From a virus, in the IMG/VR virus record IMGVR_UViG_3300010373_000039, positions 33,456 through 97,455 of that record: a stretch of 64,000 bases of DNA. One strand, written 5' to 3'. The translations under genes and the position numbers were made by a program. A model generated the notes under the pieces. The model saw only the letters and a list, made by a program, of their open reading frames with translations. It was not told the DNA's origin and did no database searches. Below are positions 36,006 to 45,335 of the stretch, one piece after another. Each line of letters starts with the position of its first letter. Positions within the stretch are counted from its first letter, which is position 1.

Positions 36006-36286
36006 GTAAAACTTCTCGGCAACCCAGTTCCAGCGCTTCCACTGCAAATGGGACACAACGGAGCTAATCCACGTCCCTTCATCCGTCGTTCATCATCCCG
36101 CGACAATCCGGGCCATGTGCGGGCCAATTGAAATCCAATGCCGGCGGCGGTGACCACCTCTAATAAACGTGCCCCACGTCCGGCCCGATGTCGTTCCAAT
36201 CGTTTATCCAAACCACCATCGGCGCAAAACCCAAGGTAATGGCCGGCATGTTTGAACCGTTGGTTGAAATGAAGTAGGTACACCAT
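36002..36286 (-). CDS. Small GIY-YIG-like nuclease
   Basis: VYLLHF..HYLG, RLERH..G.GARL, ER..K, CPIC. Confidence 0.75.
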   Translation of the reverse strand: MVYLLHFNQRFKHAGHYLGFCADGGLDKRLERHRAGRGARLLEVVTAAGIGFQLARTWPGLSRDDERRMKGRGLAPLCPICSGSAGTGLPRSFT

Positions 36287-36498
36287 TAAAACCCCTTGAT
36301 TTCTTTGGTGGCACCACACTTTTGACATACTAGGTCGATTGACCCGTATATTCCGGTTTGGCTGCTTCCCATCGCCAAACTGTCATCGATTTTCACGTCG
36401 GTCGATCCGCAAGACAAACATTTGATTTGGAATTCACCGGGATGGGGCAGATTCACTAGGTCGGGCGGCGGGTCATCAATGCGGCGGATTTTAGACAT
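36286..36498 (-). CDS. Zinc-ribbon protein
   Basis: CLSCGS..CQKCG. Confidence 0.6.
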   Translation of the reverse strand: MSKIRRIDDPPPDLVNLPHPGEFQIKCLSCGSTDVKIDDSLAMGSSQTGIYGSIDLVCQKCGATKEIKGF

Positions 36499-36531
36499 AA
36501 CTATCTCTTTGGTTTGAACACACGTTTGGGC

Positions 36532-36771
36532 TCATGTTATGGTCCCGGACAATCGGGTGCCCGTTTGTGGGATATTCCATCCAATGTCCGATATTTTGTA
36601 ACCCATCGCTCCCCCAACAAAACCGGCTCTTATGCTTCGTTCGATGCGGACACAACTACAAGCGGTGCAAACGCTAATGCGAGCATCAGGGAAAGGATTG
36701 CCCAACCCACGATCCCTTATGAACCGATCACGTTCTACAGGATCGATGATGTTTCGCCACACATGCATCAC
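36532..36771 (-). CDS. Hypothetical protein
   Basis: Coupled ORF with HxW..CxxC. Confidence 0.45.
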   Translation of the reverse strand: MMHVWRNIIDPVERDRFIRDRGLGNPFPDARISVCTACSCVRIERSIRAGFVGGAMGYKISDIGWNIPQTGTRLSGTIT

Positions 36772-37022
36772 AAACCCTCATGGATAATGTGTGTCCCCGG
36801 TTTTGCCAGCTTGCGTTCGGGTTTGCTGAATTTCTCCTCGTAAAGAACCTGTTTAGCCTTACCAAGCACCGATCCGGGAAGGCCCGCGGTCTCTTTTACC
36901 AAAATGCGACGAGGATGTTCTTTGGTGTCAAAATGCACCTCGAATTCCCCGTCAACCAACCGGTTATCCGCGTCCGCGAACCCGACGATCAATTTTTGGC
37001 CGGGTTGAATTAAAATAATCAT
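36768..37022 (-). CDS. Hypothetical protein
   Basis: ATGA-coupled. Confidence 0.5.
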   Translation of the reverse strand: MIILIQPGQKLIVGFADADNRLVDGEFEVHFDTKEHPRRILVKETAGLPGSVLGKAKQVLYEEKFSKPERKLAKPGTHIIHEGL

Positions 37023-37207
37023 CGGTTTCCCTTTGGTTTGAACACCCGTTTGGGGATTACCCACCCGTATTTACCACCCAACACCACAACCACCGGAATT
37101 CCACGGATCGTGCCTTGGTTGACCATCGTATACCAATGCCCGCGCCGGATCGGGCCGTAGGACCGGTGCGCGGTGACGTTCCGGTAGCGACGGTGCCGGT
37201 AGGTCAT
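37019..37207 (-). CDS. Small basic hypothetical protein
   Basis: ATGA-coupled. Confidence 0.45.
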   Translation of the reverse strand: MTYRHRRYRNVTAHRSYGPIRRGHWYTMVNQGTIRGIPVVVVLGGKYGWVIPKRVFKPKGNR

Positions 37208-37659
37208 CGGCTGTAGTGGAAAAACACCACCATCGCTTCGGCGGTCGCCATGGCGGTGATGATGATCGTCCCGATAATCGCCACCGCACGGGTCCGGTAC
37301 ACCTTGATTTGTTGGTACACCACCTCGCGGCTGTCGTCGAAAATCTTGCGCTGCTCGGGTTTAAGCTTCAGCCAACATTTATTGCATATCCCCCATTGGT
37401 TCAACAAAACCTTGGCGCTTTGACACTTGGAGCAACGCAGGTCGCCGGGAAAGATTTGTTTGATTTCCATGATGGGTTCCTTGGTTTGTTTTGAATAAAC
37501 GTCCGGTTCAAACGGTTCGTTCAAACCCATTATCCCCGCTTCAATGACGGCCAACGGAAACAAAAATGCCTTCCTGGTATCAGGGGCGATCCACCAAATA
37601 TCCATATGCTGGTGCCAACCCTTGTTGACCAACGCTATTTTTGCCTGGGTTTTCGTCAT
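37204..37659 (-). CDS. Hypothetical protein with CxxC..CxxC and C-terminal TM helix
   Basis: CSKC..CNKC; AVAIIGTIIITAM. Confidence 0.55.
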   Translation of the reverse strand: MTKTQAKIALVNKGWHQHMDIWWIAPDTRKAFLFPLAVIEAGIMGLNEPFEPDVYSKQTKEPIMEIKQIFPGDLRCSKCQSAKVLLNQWGICNKCWLKLKPEQRKIFDDSREVVYQQIKVYRTRAVAIIGTIIITAMATAEAMVVFFHYSR

Positions 37660-38738
37660 TTCCGTTTGTCCTTGATTTTGGCCAGTGCCGGCACGACCGC
37701 ACCATCCCAATGCTTGGATGCCCGCGACAAATCATCGCGATGTTTATCCTCCTTTAATTCCAGCGCGTTATATTTGTCGTCGGCGCGGTATTCGGCGATT
37801 GTATCCGTAATCAGCGAATCCAGCACCGTTGGTTCCAATGCATCCAATTCCCAGCTTTCCGGTCCGTATTGCCGGACGTATTTTTTGAACCGGCTATCCG
37901 TGGATTTGGCCGGGTTCGGTGGTGGATTGTATTCCTCAACCTGGTCCATATTCAGCGCGATCCGGCGAATACGGATACCGTCGTGGCCGGTCCGATCCTT
38001 GATGGATTTGCGCACGTGATCGTATGCGTCCTTGGATTTGAACGACGCGCTTCCCTTAACCACCTCATGGTAGTAATCGACGTACAGGAAATGGTTCAAC
38101 CGTTCCTGGATGTCGCGGGTCATATCGATGCCGGACGGGTCGTGGTCGCCTAGATGCAAAATGATTGGCGATTGTCCGGCCATGACGTATTCCTTCAATC
38201 GTTGCGCCGCCTCCCACATGGACGACATGGACGTATAACCACGGCACGAGAACGCGGACACATCCATCGCGTGCGCCGATTTTTTAACAATGCCCTCCAA
38301 CGCATCCTTTTCCACCCATACCTCAACCCGGTTTTTCTGGTCCACCCATTTATCCAACCGGAACGCCACGCCGCACGTATGAACGATATCCGCCGGGCTG
38401 TCCCAATGCGGAACCTTTTCCAATTCCCGTGTCCGATCCTCGATCGATTCCCAATCGACGTACCCGCCCATCCGGGCATCGCTAAGGATGTCACCCAACC
38501 ATGTGTAGTTGGGTTGGGCGTTTTTGGTGCCGTTTGGGTCCTCGATCCATTTGGAACCAGTCCATGAATACTTGCGGTCATCGGGGAATAGATCGGCCGC
38601 GACAAACCGGTAATAAATTTGTCTCACCGTAAGCTTGTAACCTTGGTCCATGTATTGCGAAATGATGTCATTGGCCTTGGTCACGGCGTCCAACTTGTCG
38701 CCGGTAAATCGCTTGATCTTGTATGTTCGTGTCGGCAT
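37656..38738 (-). CDS. Topoisomerase VI-A/Spo11-like TOPRIM protein (DUF2399-related)
   Basis: TVRQIYY winged-helix Tyr motif, EVWVEKDAL, RGY.S, GDHDPSG, ELDAL. Confidence 0.8.
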   Translation of the reverse strand: MPTRTYKIKRFTGDKLDAVTKANDIISQYMDQGYKLTVRQIYYRFVAADLFPDDRKYSWTGSKWIEDPNGTKNAQPNYTWLGDILSDARMGGYVDWESIEDRTRELEKVPHWDSPADIVHTCGVAFRLDKWVDQKNRVEVWVEKDALEGIVKKSAHAMDVSAFSCRGYTSMSSMWEAAQRLKEYVMAGQSPIILHLGDHDPSGIDMTRDIQERLNHFLYVDYYHEVVKGSASFKSKDAYDHVRKSIKDRTGHDGIRIRRIALNMDQVEEYNPPPNPAKSTDSRFKKYVRQYGPESWELDALEPTVLDSLITDTIAEYRADDKYNALELKEDKHRDDLSRASKHWDGAVVPALAKIKDKRK

Positions 38739-38742
38739 AGTC

Positions 38743-39132
38743 CTAATCCGGTAGTATTTCCTTGACCTTTCTATAGGTGAGATGGTTGTCGGCCGGATTG
38801 CCTAGGCGGGCCAAGTATTTCAAATCGCACAATTTCCTGAGCGATTGATAGACGGCACCCTCGGTCAAACCGGATAGTTGCCGCGCTTTGTAAACGTCGG
38901 CTACGGTAAATTCCTCACCGATCTCGATCCAATCGCCGACGTAGTTAGAAACCCGCTGCATGGCGGTGAGTTTCGGTTTGCCGGTATCGGTCACCTTCTT
39001 GGCTGTTTTGGTCCCGGGATTGCCGCCGCCCAACCGTTCCAGCGTTTCAATGGCGTCGATTGCCGTTTTGTATTCCTGTTGTGCGAGTTTTAGCCGCGTT
39101 TCGACGGCCCGGCGTAGATCGGTCAATCGCAT
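38743..39132 (-). CDS. Coiled-coil plus winged-HTH protein
   Basis: EFTVADV..TEGAVYQSLRKL..LAR. Confidence 0.6.
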   Translation of the reverse strand: MRLTDLRRAVETRLKLAQQEYKTAIDAIETLERLGGGNPGTKTAKKVTDTGKPKLTAMQRVSNYVGDWIEIGEEFTVADVYKARQLSGLTEGAVYQSLRKLCDLKYLARLGNPADNHLTYRKVKEILPD

Positions 39133-39433
39133 GGTTCATCGCTCCGTTAATTATGACCCGTTCGGCCCCCAACATGTGATCCACCGATTTAGCCACCTCG
39201 CGCATGACGGTTAAATTTCCCTCCACCACGCGACCCAAATGGTATTTGTCGGTGCCGCTGCGGATTTCCTTTAATTTCATACCGGCCCGCCGCGACAACC
39301 GGTACGATACCTGGGCCACCGTCAACCCGGTGGCCATGGCGATGTAGCCCATGGGACGGCCGATCGCGGCCAAATGTAAAACCTTACGGTCCCGGACCGA
39401 ATCGACGAAATTAACCCTTCCGTTCATTGACAT
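39047..39433 (-). CDS. Putative HTH DNA-binding regulator
   Basis: G.PMGYIAMATGLTVAQVSYRL HTH-like; RBS AAGGAG; directly behind a palindromic operator. Confidence 0.55.
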   Translation of the reverse strand: MSMNGRVNFVDSVRDRKVLHLAAIGRPMGYIAMATGLTVAQVSYRLSRRAGMKLKEIRSGTDKYHLGRVVEGNLTVMREVAKSVDHMLGAERVIINGAMNHAIDRSTPGRRNAAKTRTTGIQNGNRRH

Positions 39434-39452
39434 GCTCCTTTGGATCATTACA

Positions 39453-39494
39453 ACTATTACTAATACATAGTAATAGTATCGGTGGGAAAGTCAA
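39453..39494 (-). promoter_or_regulatory. Sigma70-type promoter overlapped by perfect palindrome ACTATTACTA-N5-TAGTAATAGT
   Basis: TTGACT-16-TACTAT on the minus strand with an AT-rich UP element; 10-bp inverted repeat at 39453-39477. Confidence 0.7.
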
Positions 39495-39509
39495 CAAAAA
39501 TTCTAAAAA

Positions 39510-41087
39510 TTAGTGACGCCGAGCAAGAAAATTGACAGGAACGGTGCCGTCCACAATCGCATCCATCAAATCCTTACCTTGTTTTTGCATTTTCAACAAA
39601 CGGGTGTCGATTGATCCCCGCACCGCGTAATCCATGACGAACACCGAGCGTTTTTGTCCCATGCGGTGGCACCGCTTGAGCATTTGTTTCCGCATCTTGG
39701 GATCGGATGGCGGCTCGAAGAACATCACATAGTTACCGACCTGCCAATTGCCCCCGAACGCGCCGGCGCTGGACGACACCAACACCCGTACCGATGGATC
39801 GTTGAATGCATGGGCGATGTCCCGTTTCAATTTTGCCGGCGTACCGGACCACAACCGGATATGTTTGATTTTAGCCTTCGTCAACGCGTCACTGATGATT
39901 TGCCCGGTTTGGTTGTAGTGATGGAACACCACGATTTTGCGTTTGGGCGAGATATCATGAATGTCGGCCAGCAACGCATCCAATTTCGGGTTTTCCTTGA
40001 AACGGATGATGGATTTGTCCCCGGCCTCGGTTTTCAACACCAAATAACCGGCGGTAATGGATCGCATCCGGTGGAACGGATTATCCGATACCTTCACCGC
40101 TTGGGCAATTTGTTGTTCCCGTAATTGCTCGACCAACCGATCGTAGTATTTCCAGGTTTCTCGTGGGAATTCCACCAACCGGGTAATCGGAACGATTTTG
40201 GGCAAATCCAAGCATTCGTTTTCCTCATATCGGATCGACCGATTGCGGATCATGCGATTAAGCAACCATTTCTTGCGACGGTCGAATTTCCACTCCATCC
40301 CACCCCAATAGTTGCGCTTGCCCCGGAAGAATGCGCCACGGTACAACGCCATGGTCTCGCCCAATGTTTCACCACCGTCGATCACGTGGAATTGTGCCCA
40401 CAATGGCGTCGGATCGTTGCCCATGGGGGTTCCGGTCAACGCATAGGCGGCGCGGGTGGTTTCGGACCATGACAGCGATTTGCACATCCGGTAGGTCATG
40501 GAATTTGCACTGCCGAACGCGGTCGATTCATCGAATGTAAGAAAACCGAATTGTGCCGCCACCTTGTCCACTAATTTGTAATCGATTTTCCAACCCCGGG
40601 CGGTTTTCCGTTTCTTAGCCTTCTTGTTGCACACCAACGACAACAACCCCATGTAGGTAATAATCACCACATCGGCGCTGGGGTCCATCAATTGCTGCCA
40701 CCGCTTGGTTGATCCGTTGCCGTCCACGCCCACCGGTTTAAGGCCGGTTTGCTTGCGTATTTCGTCGCACCATTGCCCAACGTTCGATGCGTTGGGGACG
40801 GTGACCAGCATTTTGATTTTGGGATTGCGCCGGCGGCGGTAGTGGCTATATAATGCCAACGAAATCAACGATTTGCCCAACCCCGGATCGTAGAACAACA
40901 AATAACGCCGGCGCTGCAGGCATAGAAGAAAACCAACGCGCTGGTGGTGCCGAAGTTTGTTGCTTAATTTGGGTGGGTGCGATTCCCGGTACATCCGCAA
41001 AATACGTTTGCGGGGTAGACGTTTGGCCCGTGCGCTGTCGCGAAGGGGCCGGTCCATCCATCGTTGTACCGCAATCGGGGAGATCAT
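39510..41087 (-). CDS. SNF2-family (superfamily 2) helicase
   Basis: DPGLGKS, FDES, LTGTP, KIVVF, RCHRMGQ. Confidence 0.92.
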   Translation of the reverse strand: MISPIAVQRWMDRPLRDSARAKRLPRKRILRMYRESHPPKLSNKLRHHQRVGFLLCLQRRRYLLFYDPGLGKSLISLALYSHYRRRRNPKIKMLVTVPNASNVGQWCDEIRKQTGLKPVGVDGNGSTKRWQQLMDPSADVVIITYMGLLSLVCNKKAKKRKTARGWKIDYKLVDKVAAQFGFLTFDESTAFGSANSMTYRMCKSLSWSETTRAAYALTGTPMGNDPTPLWAQFHVIDGGETLGETMALYRGAFFRGKRNYWGGMEWKFDRRKKWLLNRMIRNRSIRYEENECLDLPKIVPITRLVEFPRETWKYYDRLVEQLREQQIAQAVKVSDNPFHRMRSITAGYLVLKTEAGDKSIIRFKENPKLDALLADIHDISPKRKIVVFHHYNQTGQIISDALTKAKIKHIRLWSGTPAKLKRDIAHAFNDPSVRVLVSSSAGAFGGNWQVGNYVMFFEPPSDPKMRKQMLKRCHRMGQKRSVFVMDYAVRGSIDTRLLKMQKQGKDLMDAIVDGTVPVNFLARRH

Positions 41088-41275
41088 CGTTTCTTTTTAC
41101 CAAAGACGAAGGGTGGTTGTGCCGGTGCCCACGGATTTGCCTTATACCACAAACCCTTTGTTTTGGACAAAATCGGGTTGATTACGTCCGCACGTTCCGG
41201 TTTTAGTTTAAGATGATCCTCCAAAAGGGTTTTCAAATCCTTCCATTGGTCCTCGGTCAACTCCAACATTCGCAT
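41084..41275 (-). CDS. Small hypothetical protein
   Basis: Coupled ORF. Confidence 0.5.
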   Translation of the reverse strand: MRMLELTEDQWKDLKTLLEDHLKLKPERADVINPILSKTKGLWYKANPWAPAQPPFVFGKKKR

Positions 41276-41283
41276 TATGCACC

Positions 41284-41616
41284 TTAGACGTTCCGGCCCC
41301 TCGCGCCCTGTTTTCGTTTGATCCGTGCCACCAATTTGTGGAATTCACCGCACGGCATATTGACGACCTCGGCCAACGGTTGGCCGTGGCACAAATCCGG
41401 TTCGCAGCAACACCCCAACCGTTTGCCCTTCAGCTCACGACGGGCCTTCATCATCAATGGGATGTCGTTGCGCAATTTGTTCCGGTATTTATCGACCACC
41501 GTTTTACGGTCCCCATCCTTGCCAATGATGAAGGGGTTTCCATACGGTCCCGGACGCATGATCGATACGTCGCACGGTTCATCCCGGACGTTCACGACTA
41601 TCGCCTGCTTCGTCAT
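41284..41616 (-). CDS. DUF4326 family protein
   Basis: DV.I.RP..YGNPF.IG.DG.R, ELKGKRLGC.C.P..CHG. Confidence 0.9.
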   Translation of the reverse strand: MTKQAIVVNVRDEPCDVSIMRPGPYGNPFIIGKDGDRKTVVDKYRNKLRNDIPLMMKARRELKGKRLGCCCEPDLCHGQPLAEVVNMPCGEFHKLVARIKRKQGARGRNV

Positions 41617-41782
41617 TGTTTGCCTTCCATTCCCCGCACCAATCGGTGCCGTCCACCATCGGAAAAACTGGGTCGTTGTCATATTCTACAACGGTAGGTG
41701 GGTATCGCCGACAATCCCCATTAACACCGCTATCTGCCAGATAGAAGCGGCAATTGCGACACAATTCCTTTTCGTTAGTCAT
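41579..41782 (-). CDS. Small Cys-rich phage protein
   Basis: CRNCRF..GDCRRYPP..FP.V...DWCGEW. Confidence 0.75.
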   Translation of the reverse strand: MTNEKELCRNCRFYLADSGVNGDCRRYPPTVVEYDNDPVFPMVDGTDWCGEWKANNDEAGDSRERPG

Positions 41783-42065
41783 GTTTCCACTCCAAATCCT
41801 TAATCGGCTCCTTCGGCTCCTCCGATTGGCGCTGCCGTCCGGATTGATGGATTCCCAGGATTTTGCCATGTTCCCGTTCCACGTATTGAGTACCGACGAT
41901 GGATACATGGCACCGGTATTCCGGCATTTGGTTGTTGATCGTCGATTCGATATTGAACAACATGGTTTTCAAAAACGTTTCGTCGGCGGATTGAAGGTGA
42001 ATGATCCCATCCGCTAACGTTTTTCCCTGTTGTTTAATCGTAATTTGTGCATGGGTCGGGGCCAT
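41775..42065 (-). CDS. Hypothetical protein
   Basis: TAATG coupling to the PLP enzyme gene. Confidence 0.5.
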   Translation of the reverse strand: MAPTHAQITIKQQGKTLADGIIHLQSADETFLKTMLFNIESTINNQMPEYRCHVSIVGTQYVEREHGKILGIHQSGRQRQSEEPKEPIKDLEWKHD

Positions 42066-42832
42066 TAGCGTTCCTCGGTTTGGCGGATGCCGACAACCCA
42101 CAGGCAATCGCCGGGTTTTAGAAATGGAATGCATTTAGCCTCGTAGTGCGGGTCCAAATGCACCCCGTCATAGTCGCATGTTTCGGCCGGTTTGTGGTAA
42201 TCGGTTCCGGCGTTCTCCAACGTAACCCAATGTTCCCATCCCCATGGGGCATAGGTGCGCAACCGTTTGCGGGGATCGGCCCCCACCACGACACCTAAAA
42301 CCGGGTGGTTATATCCCATCCGTCGCATCCCGTGCAGGATTCCGACTAACGACATGCCCGAACCCACCGGGACCACTAAACGTTTTATGCCCGGTCCGCC
42401 CTCAACAAGAAGGTTATACACCTGCATTTGGGTTTGCCGAACCGCCGCGGCGCATTCCATGCCAAAGGGGATGTGGACCCATCCGGGATGTTGTGCGGCA
42501 TCCGATTCGGCCCGCGACTTGATGACCGTGTTGTACCCAACCCTGTGTTGGATGATTTCGGCCCCCGCGTTTCGCGCCGCCACCACCTCCGGCGACATCT
42601 TCCCGGATGGAATATGGACACGGCACGGGATGCCCAATTTTTTGGCGATGTGCGCCACGATATTGACCTGCGGAGATGCCCGCGATCCGGCGGTAATCAA
42701 GCCCATCGCCCTGGTTTGCGTGGCCAAATGCCAACACGTCCGCGCCTTACCCCCCGATACGCCGGCCACGCGGAAGTGGTCATCCCGCTTCATCCAAATG
42801 TCACCATGTTGTTCAATCGGGGTGAATTTCAT
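42065..42832 (-). CDS. PLP-dependent enzyme (fold type II, ACC deaminase/D-Cys desulfhydrase-like)
   Basis: TPIE..WMKRDD..SGGKAR (PLP Lys), SPQ..VA, VVPVGSGMSL.G, LDPHYEAK. Confidence 0.85.
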   Translation of the reverse strand: MKFTPIEQHGDIWMKRDDHFRVAGVSGGKARTCWHLATQTRAMGLITAGSRASPQVNIVAHIAKKLGIPCRVHIPSGKMSPEVVAARNAGAEIIQHRVGYNTVIKSRAESDAAQHPGWVHIPFGMECAAAVRQTQMQVYNLLVEGGPGIKRLVVPVGSGMSLVGILHGMRRMGYNHPVLGVVVGADPRKRLRTYAPWGWEHWVTLENAGTDYHKPAETCDYDGVHLDPHYEAKCIPFLKPGDCLWVVGIRQTEER

Positions 42833-43317
42833 ACATTACCCCAGTACTCACTGAAATCCTGAAGCAATTGACCGGCCGATGTAAACCTCCTCCAATATCG
42901 CGGACCACCAACCTCGGATTCTCTGGTGTCAAAATAATCGGTCCAACGATCACTATCGGTTATCGGGTCCGGACGGGCGCAAAATACCCTTTCGATTTGT
43001 TGTCGCAAAAGGTGTTTGACGGCCAACCCCACCGCATCCTCCATGTCCTCATCGGTTGTGTTGGTCACAACCTTGCCATGAACCGTTTCCTTACAATCGC
43101 TGATGACAATTTCTATGTGTCGCATGTTTTTCTCAAATCCTTGAACATACATCGCCAACATCATGGCATCGGTAGAAACGGCAAGGTTGCGGCATTGCAT
43201 TAACCCGATTTGCCGTTCCCTTTCGTTCAATTCGGCGATTGCGCTAAGGAATTCTTCATCCACCGGCGTCGGGGCCGGGATTAGGTAGCCGGTTAGTGGG
43301 ATATTTATTTCCTTCAT
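42829..43317 (-). CDS. Hypothetical protein
   Basis: ATGA-coupled. Confidence 0.55.
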   Translation of the reverse strand: MKEINIPLTGYLIPAPTPVDEEFLSAIAELNERERQIGLMQCRNLAVSTDAMMLAMYVQGFEKNMRHIEIVISDCKETVHGKVVTNTTDEDMEDAVGLAVKHLLRQQIERVFCARPDPITDSDRWTDYFDTRESEVGGPRYWRRFTSAGQLLQDFSEYWGNV

Positions 43318-43586
43318 TTGTGCCTTATCGCCGCGTCACACGCTTCTTTTTCCGTCGCGAACCATTTGCCGATCAACGAACCCAATGATGGTTTGAACCG
43401 TTTGCGGTTTATGCACACCAATTGCAGTCTGTCGGTGACCATGTCCTTTGTAACGTTCACATCACCCCATCCAATGGATATTGTTGTAAAAACGTCCGTC
43501 GCGTAAATCTCGGCAACGACAAAACCACCCTCTATGCGCCATTTGGCCCAATAGTATCCCGGACGCATGGGTGTGTTGTCGCTCAT
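43314..43586 (-). CDS. Hypothetical protein
   Basis: PGYYWAK motif; coupled. Confidence 0.55.
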   Translation of the reverse strand: MSDNTPMRPGYYWAKWRIEGGFVVAEIYATDVFTTISIGWGDVNVTKDMVTDRLQLVCINRKRFKPSLGSLIGKWFATEKEACDAAIRHK

Positions 43587-43756
43587 CGTTTGTTCCCGAT
43601 CCGGGCGTTCCAAATTTGTTCTACCTTCGAAGATTGTTTGTCGGTGAAGGTTGACCGCAACACGATGCTATCCAGGAAATTGACCTCCCATTCGCTAAGC
43701 CCCTCTTCAAGATCTAGCAACTCCCGGATCATGTTTTGGATGTCTTTGTCATTCAT
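43583..43756 (-). CDS. Small phage protein (LSEWE..FLDSI..TDKQ..IW), below ORF track cutoff
   Basis: 57 aa, ATGA-coupled on both sides, recurrent phage motif. Confidence 0.65.
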   Translation of the reverse strand: MNDKDIQNMIRELLDLEEGLSEWEVNFLDSIVLRSTFTDKQSSKVEQIWNARIGNKR

Positions 43757-44040
43757 TTTCGCACCAATCCTCGACGAAATGCCTCCGCATTCAAATCATT
43801 CAAAATCGGGAAAAACTCCGATGCATCACCCCGCTCCATCGCGTCAATTTGTTGATCCAATACAAACGCACCATCACTTTCCGAATCGATCATCAACGAT
43901 AGTGCATAGGCGGATTCGATTGATTTTTCGTGGTGTTGACGAACACAATTGATTGCATTCTGAAGATGCTCGTCCGTCATATCACAAATCCGGATGGTTT
44001 TTCCGGATTTCATCTTCCATTTTTTGGTCACCTTTCTCAT
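43753..44040 (-). CDS. Hypothetical phage protein
   Basis: W..KSG..I.I.DMTDEHL.NAI motif. Confidence 0.65.
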   Translation of the reverse strand: MRKVTKKWKMKSGKTIRICDMTDEHLQNAINCVRQHHEKSIESAYALSLMIDSESDGAFVLDQQIDAMERGDASEFFPILNDLNAEAFRRGLVRK

Positions 44041-45020
44041 TTCCGCACCAATCGTTTGCGGTTACACACGGCGGCGGCGATGCGCGGATCACCCTTCACA
44101 AACACCAACACCGTTTGGTGGGTACGGCCCACCTTGCGGGACCGTTGGAATTGCTTGGTGACCCGGATCGGCAACGAACCAATGGCCGTCAACAACATGA
44201 TTTCGTTGTAGTAGCGTGCGCCGGCGTCCTCGAATGCCCGGATCGTGTCCGGAACCAATCCGTAATAATATCCTTCCTTTTCCCGTGTCGAACGCGCTTC
44301 CCCAACCACCCACACCGCAAACCGGTTATTTTTCAACCGCCGAACCGATTGTTTGATGATGTCGAAATAGGCACGTTTGAAGGTTTCATAGTCCATGTTG
44401 GACAAATCGCGCGGATGGTCCGAATAGACCTCCAAATCGGCGTAGGGTGGGCAACTAAAAACCAAATCGAATGTCTTTTCGTCGTTGAATTCCTTTAGCA
44501 CCCCACGACTATCCCCGCAAATCCATTCGGCCGACCGATCGTCCAGGATTTTTTCCTGTTGAACCAAATTGGCACGGACCTGTTCCCCGCGTAATTCAAT
44601 CCCCAAGTATTTTCGTCCCGTATGTCCGGCAACGATGCCGCGAACCGATCCGCCGGCGAATGGGTCCAACACCATTCCCCCATCGGGCGAAAACCATGTG
44701 TAAACACATTCGCACAACACCGGATCGAAAATCGATGTGCCCGATCCGGTATCCAGGATTTTCTTGGACACCGGGTCCAAATCCTTATATTCGCGGGTGC
44801 CGGCAACGAAGGTAAACCGCTTGGTTTCCCCATTGGACGCCCGGCCCAATTCCGATTCGATCCCCAGCGCCAACCATGCGCGCTTGCGGTCCTGCCAATA
44901 CCCCGCCTTGGCGTCCAACACACTAAACGGGGGTACGACAAAACGTCGCTGTAATAGACTCGCGTTTACCGGGGCGTATGGGATGTTGAAGAACCCCTCT
45001 GCCCGTAGTTTCCTACCCAC
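44037..45020 (-). CDS. DNA amino-methyltransferase (alpha order; family often fused to ParB)
   Basis: PPFSVLD..GYWQ.RK..W, TSIFDPVLCE, LDPFAGGSVRG, FSCPPY.DLEVYS, HQ.VLVF.KG. Confidence 0.88.
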   Translation of the reverse strand: MGRKLRAEGFFNIPYAPVNASLLQRRFVVPPFSVLDAKAGYWQDRKRAWLALGIESELGRASNGETKRFTFVAGTREYKDLDPVSKKILDTGSGTSIFDPVLCECVYTWFSPDGGMVLDPFAGGSVRGIVAGHTGRKYLGIELRGEQVRANLVQQEKILDDRSAEWICGDSRGVLKEFNDEKTFDLVFSCPPYADLEVYSDHPRDLSNMDYETFKRAYFDIIKQSVRRLKNNRFAVWVVGEARSTREKEGYYYGLVPDTIRAFEDAGARYYNEIMLLTAIGSLPIRVTKQFQRSRKVGRTHQTVLVFVKGDPRIAAAVCNRKRLVRK

Positions 45021-45052
45021 AACACACCTCCGGCCCTGAAATTGATTCTGCG

Positions 45053-45322
45053 CTAGTGAGGACGGCCACCCATGGGCCGGGATGCCAACCGTTTGGCGAC
45101 ATTGGCCCGGGGCGCGTTGGCCGGGGCCGAATTGGTGCCGGCTTCGAACGGTTCCATATCGGTCCGTTTGGACCCCACAACATGGCTAATCCGATACCGG
45201 CCCACCGGCATGGCATCGGCGGCGGCGCGGGCATCGGCGGCGGTCGCGTGACATGGTTTGGTGTCCCGATAGGTTTGCAACCGGGGGTCCAACACCGCCA
45301 ATTTGTAAAATTCCTTGTCCAT
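45053..45322 (-). CDS. Hypothetical protein behind a structured leader
   Basis: RBS TAAGGA. Confidence 0.55.
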   Translation of the reverse strand: MDKEFYKLAVLDPRLQTYRDTKPCHATAADARAAADAMPVGRYRISHVVGSKRTDMEPFEAGTNSAPANAPRANVAKRLASRPMGGRPH

Positions 45323-45335
45323 TGCATTCCTTAAA

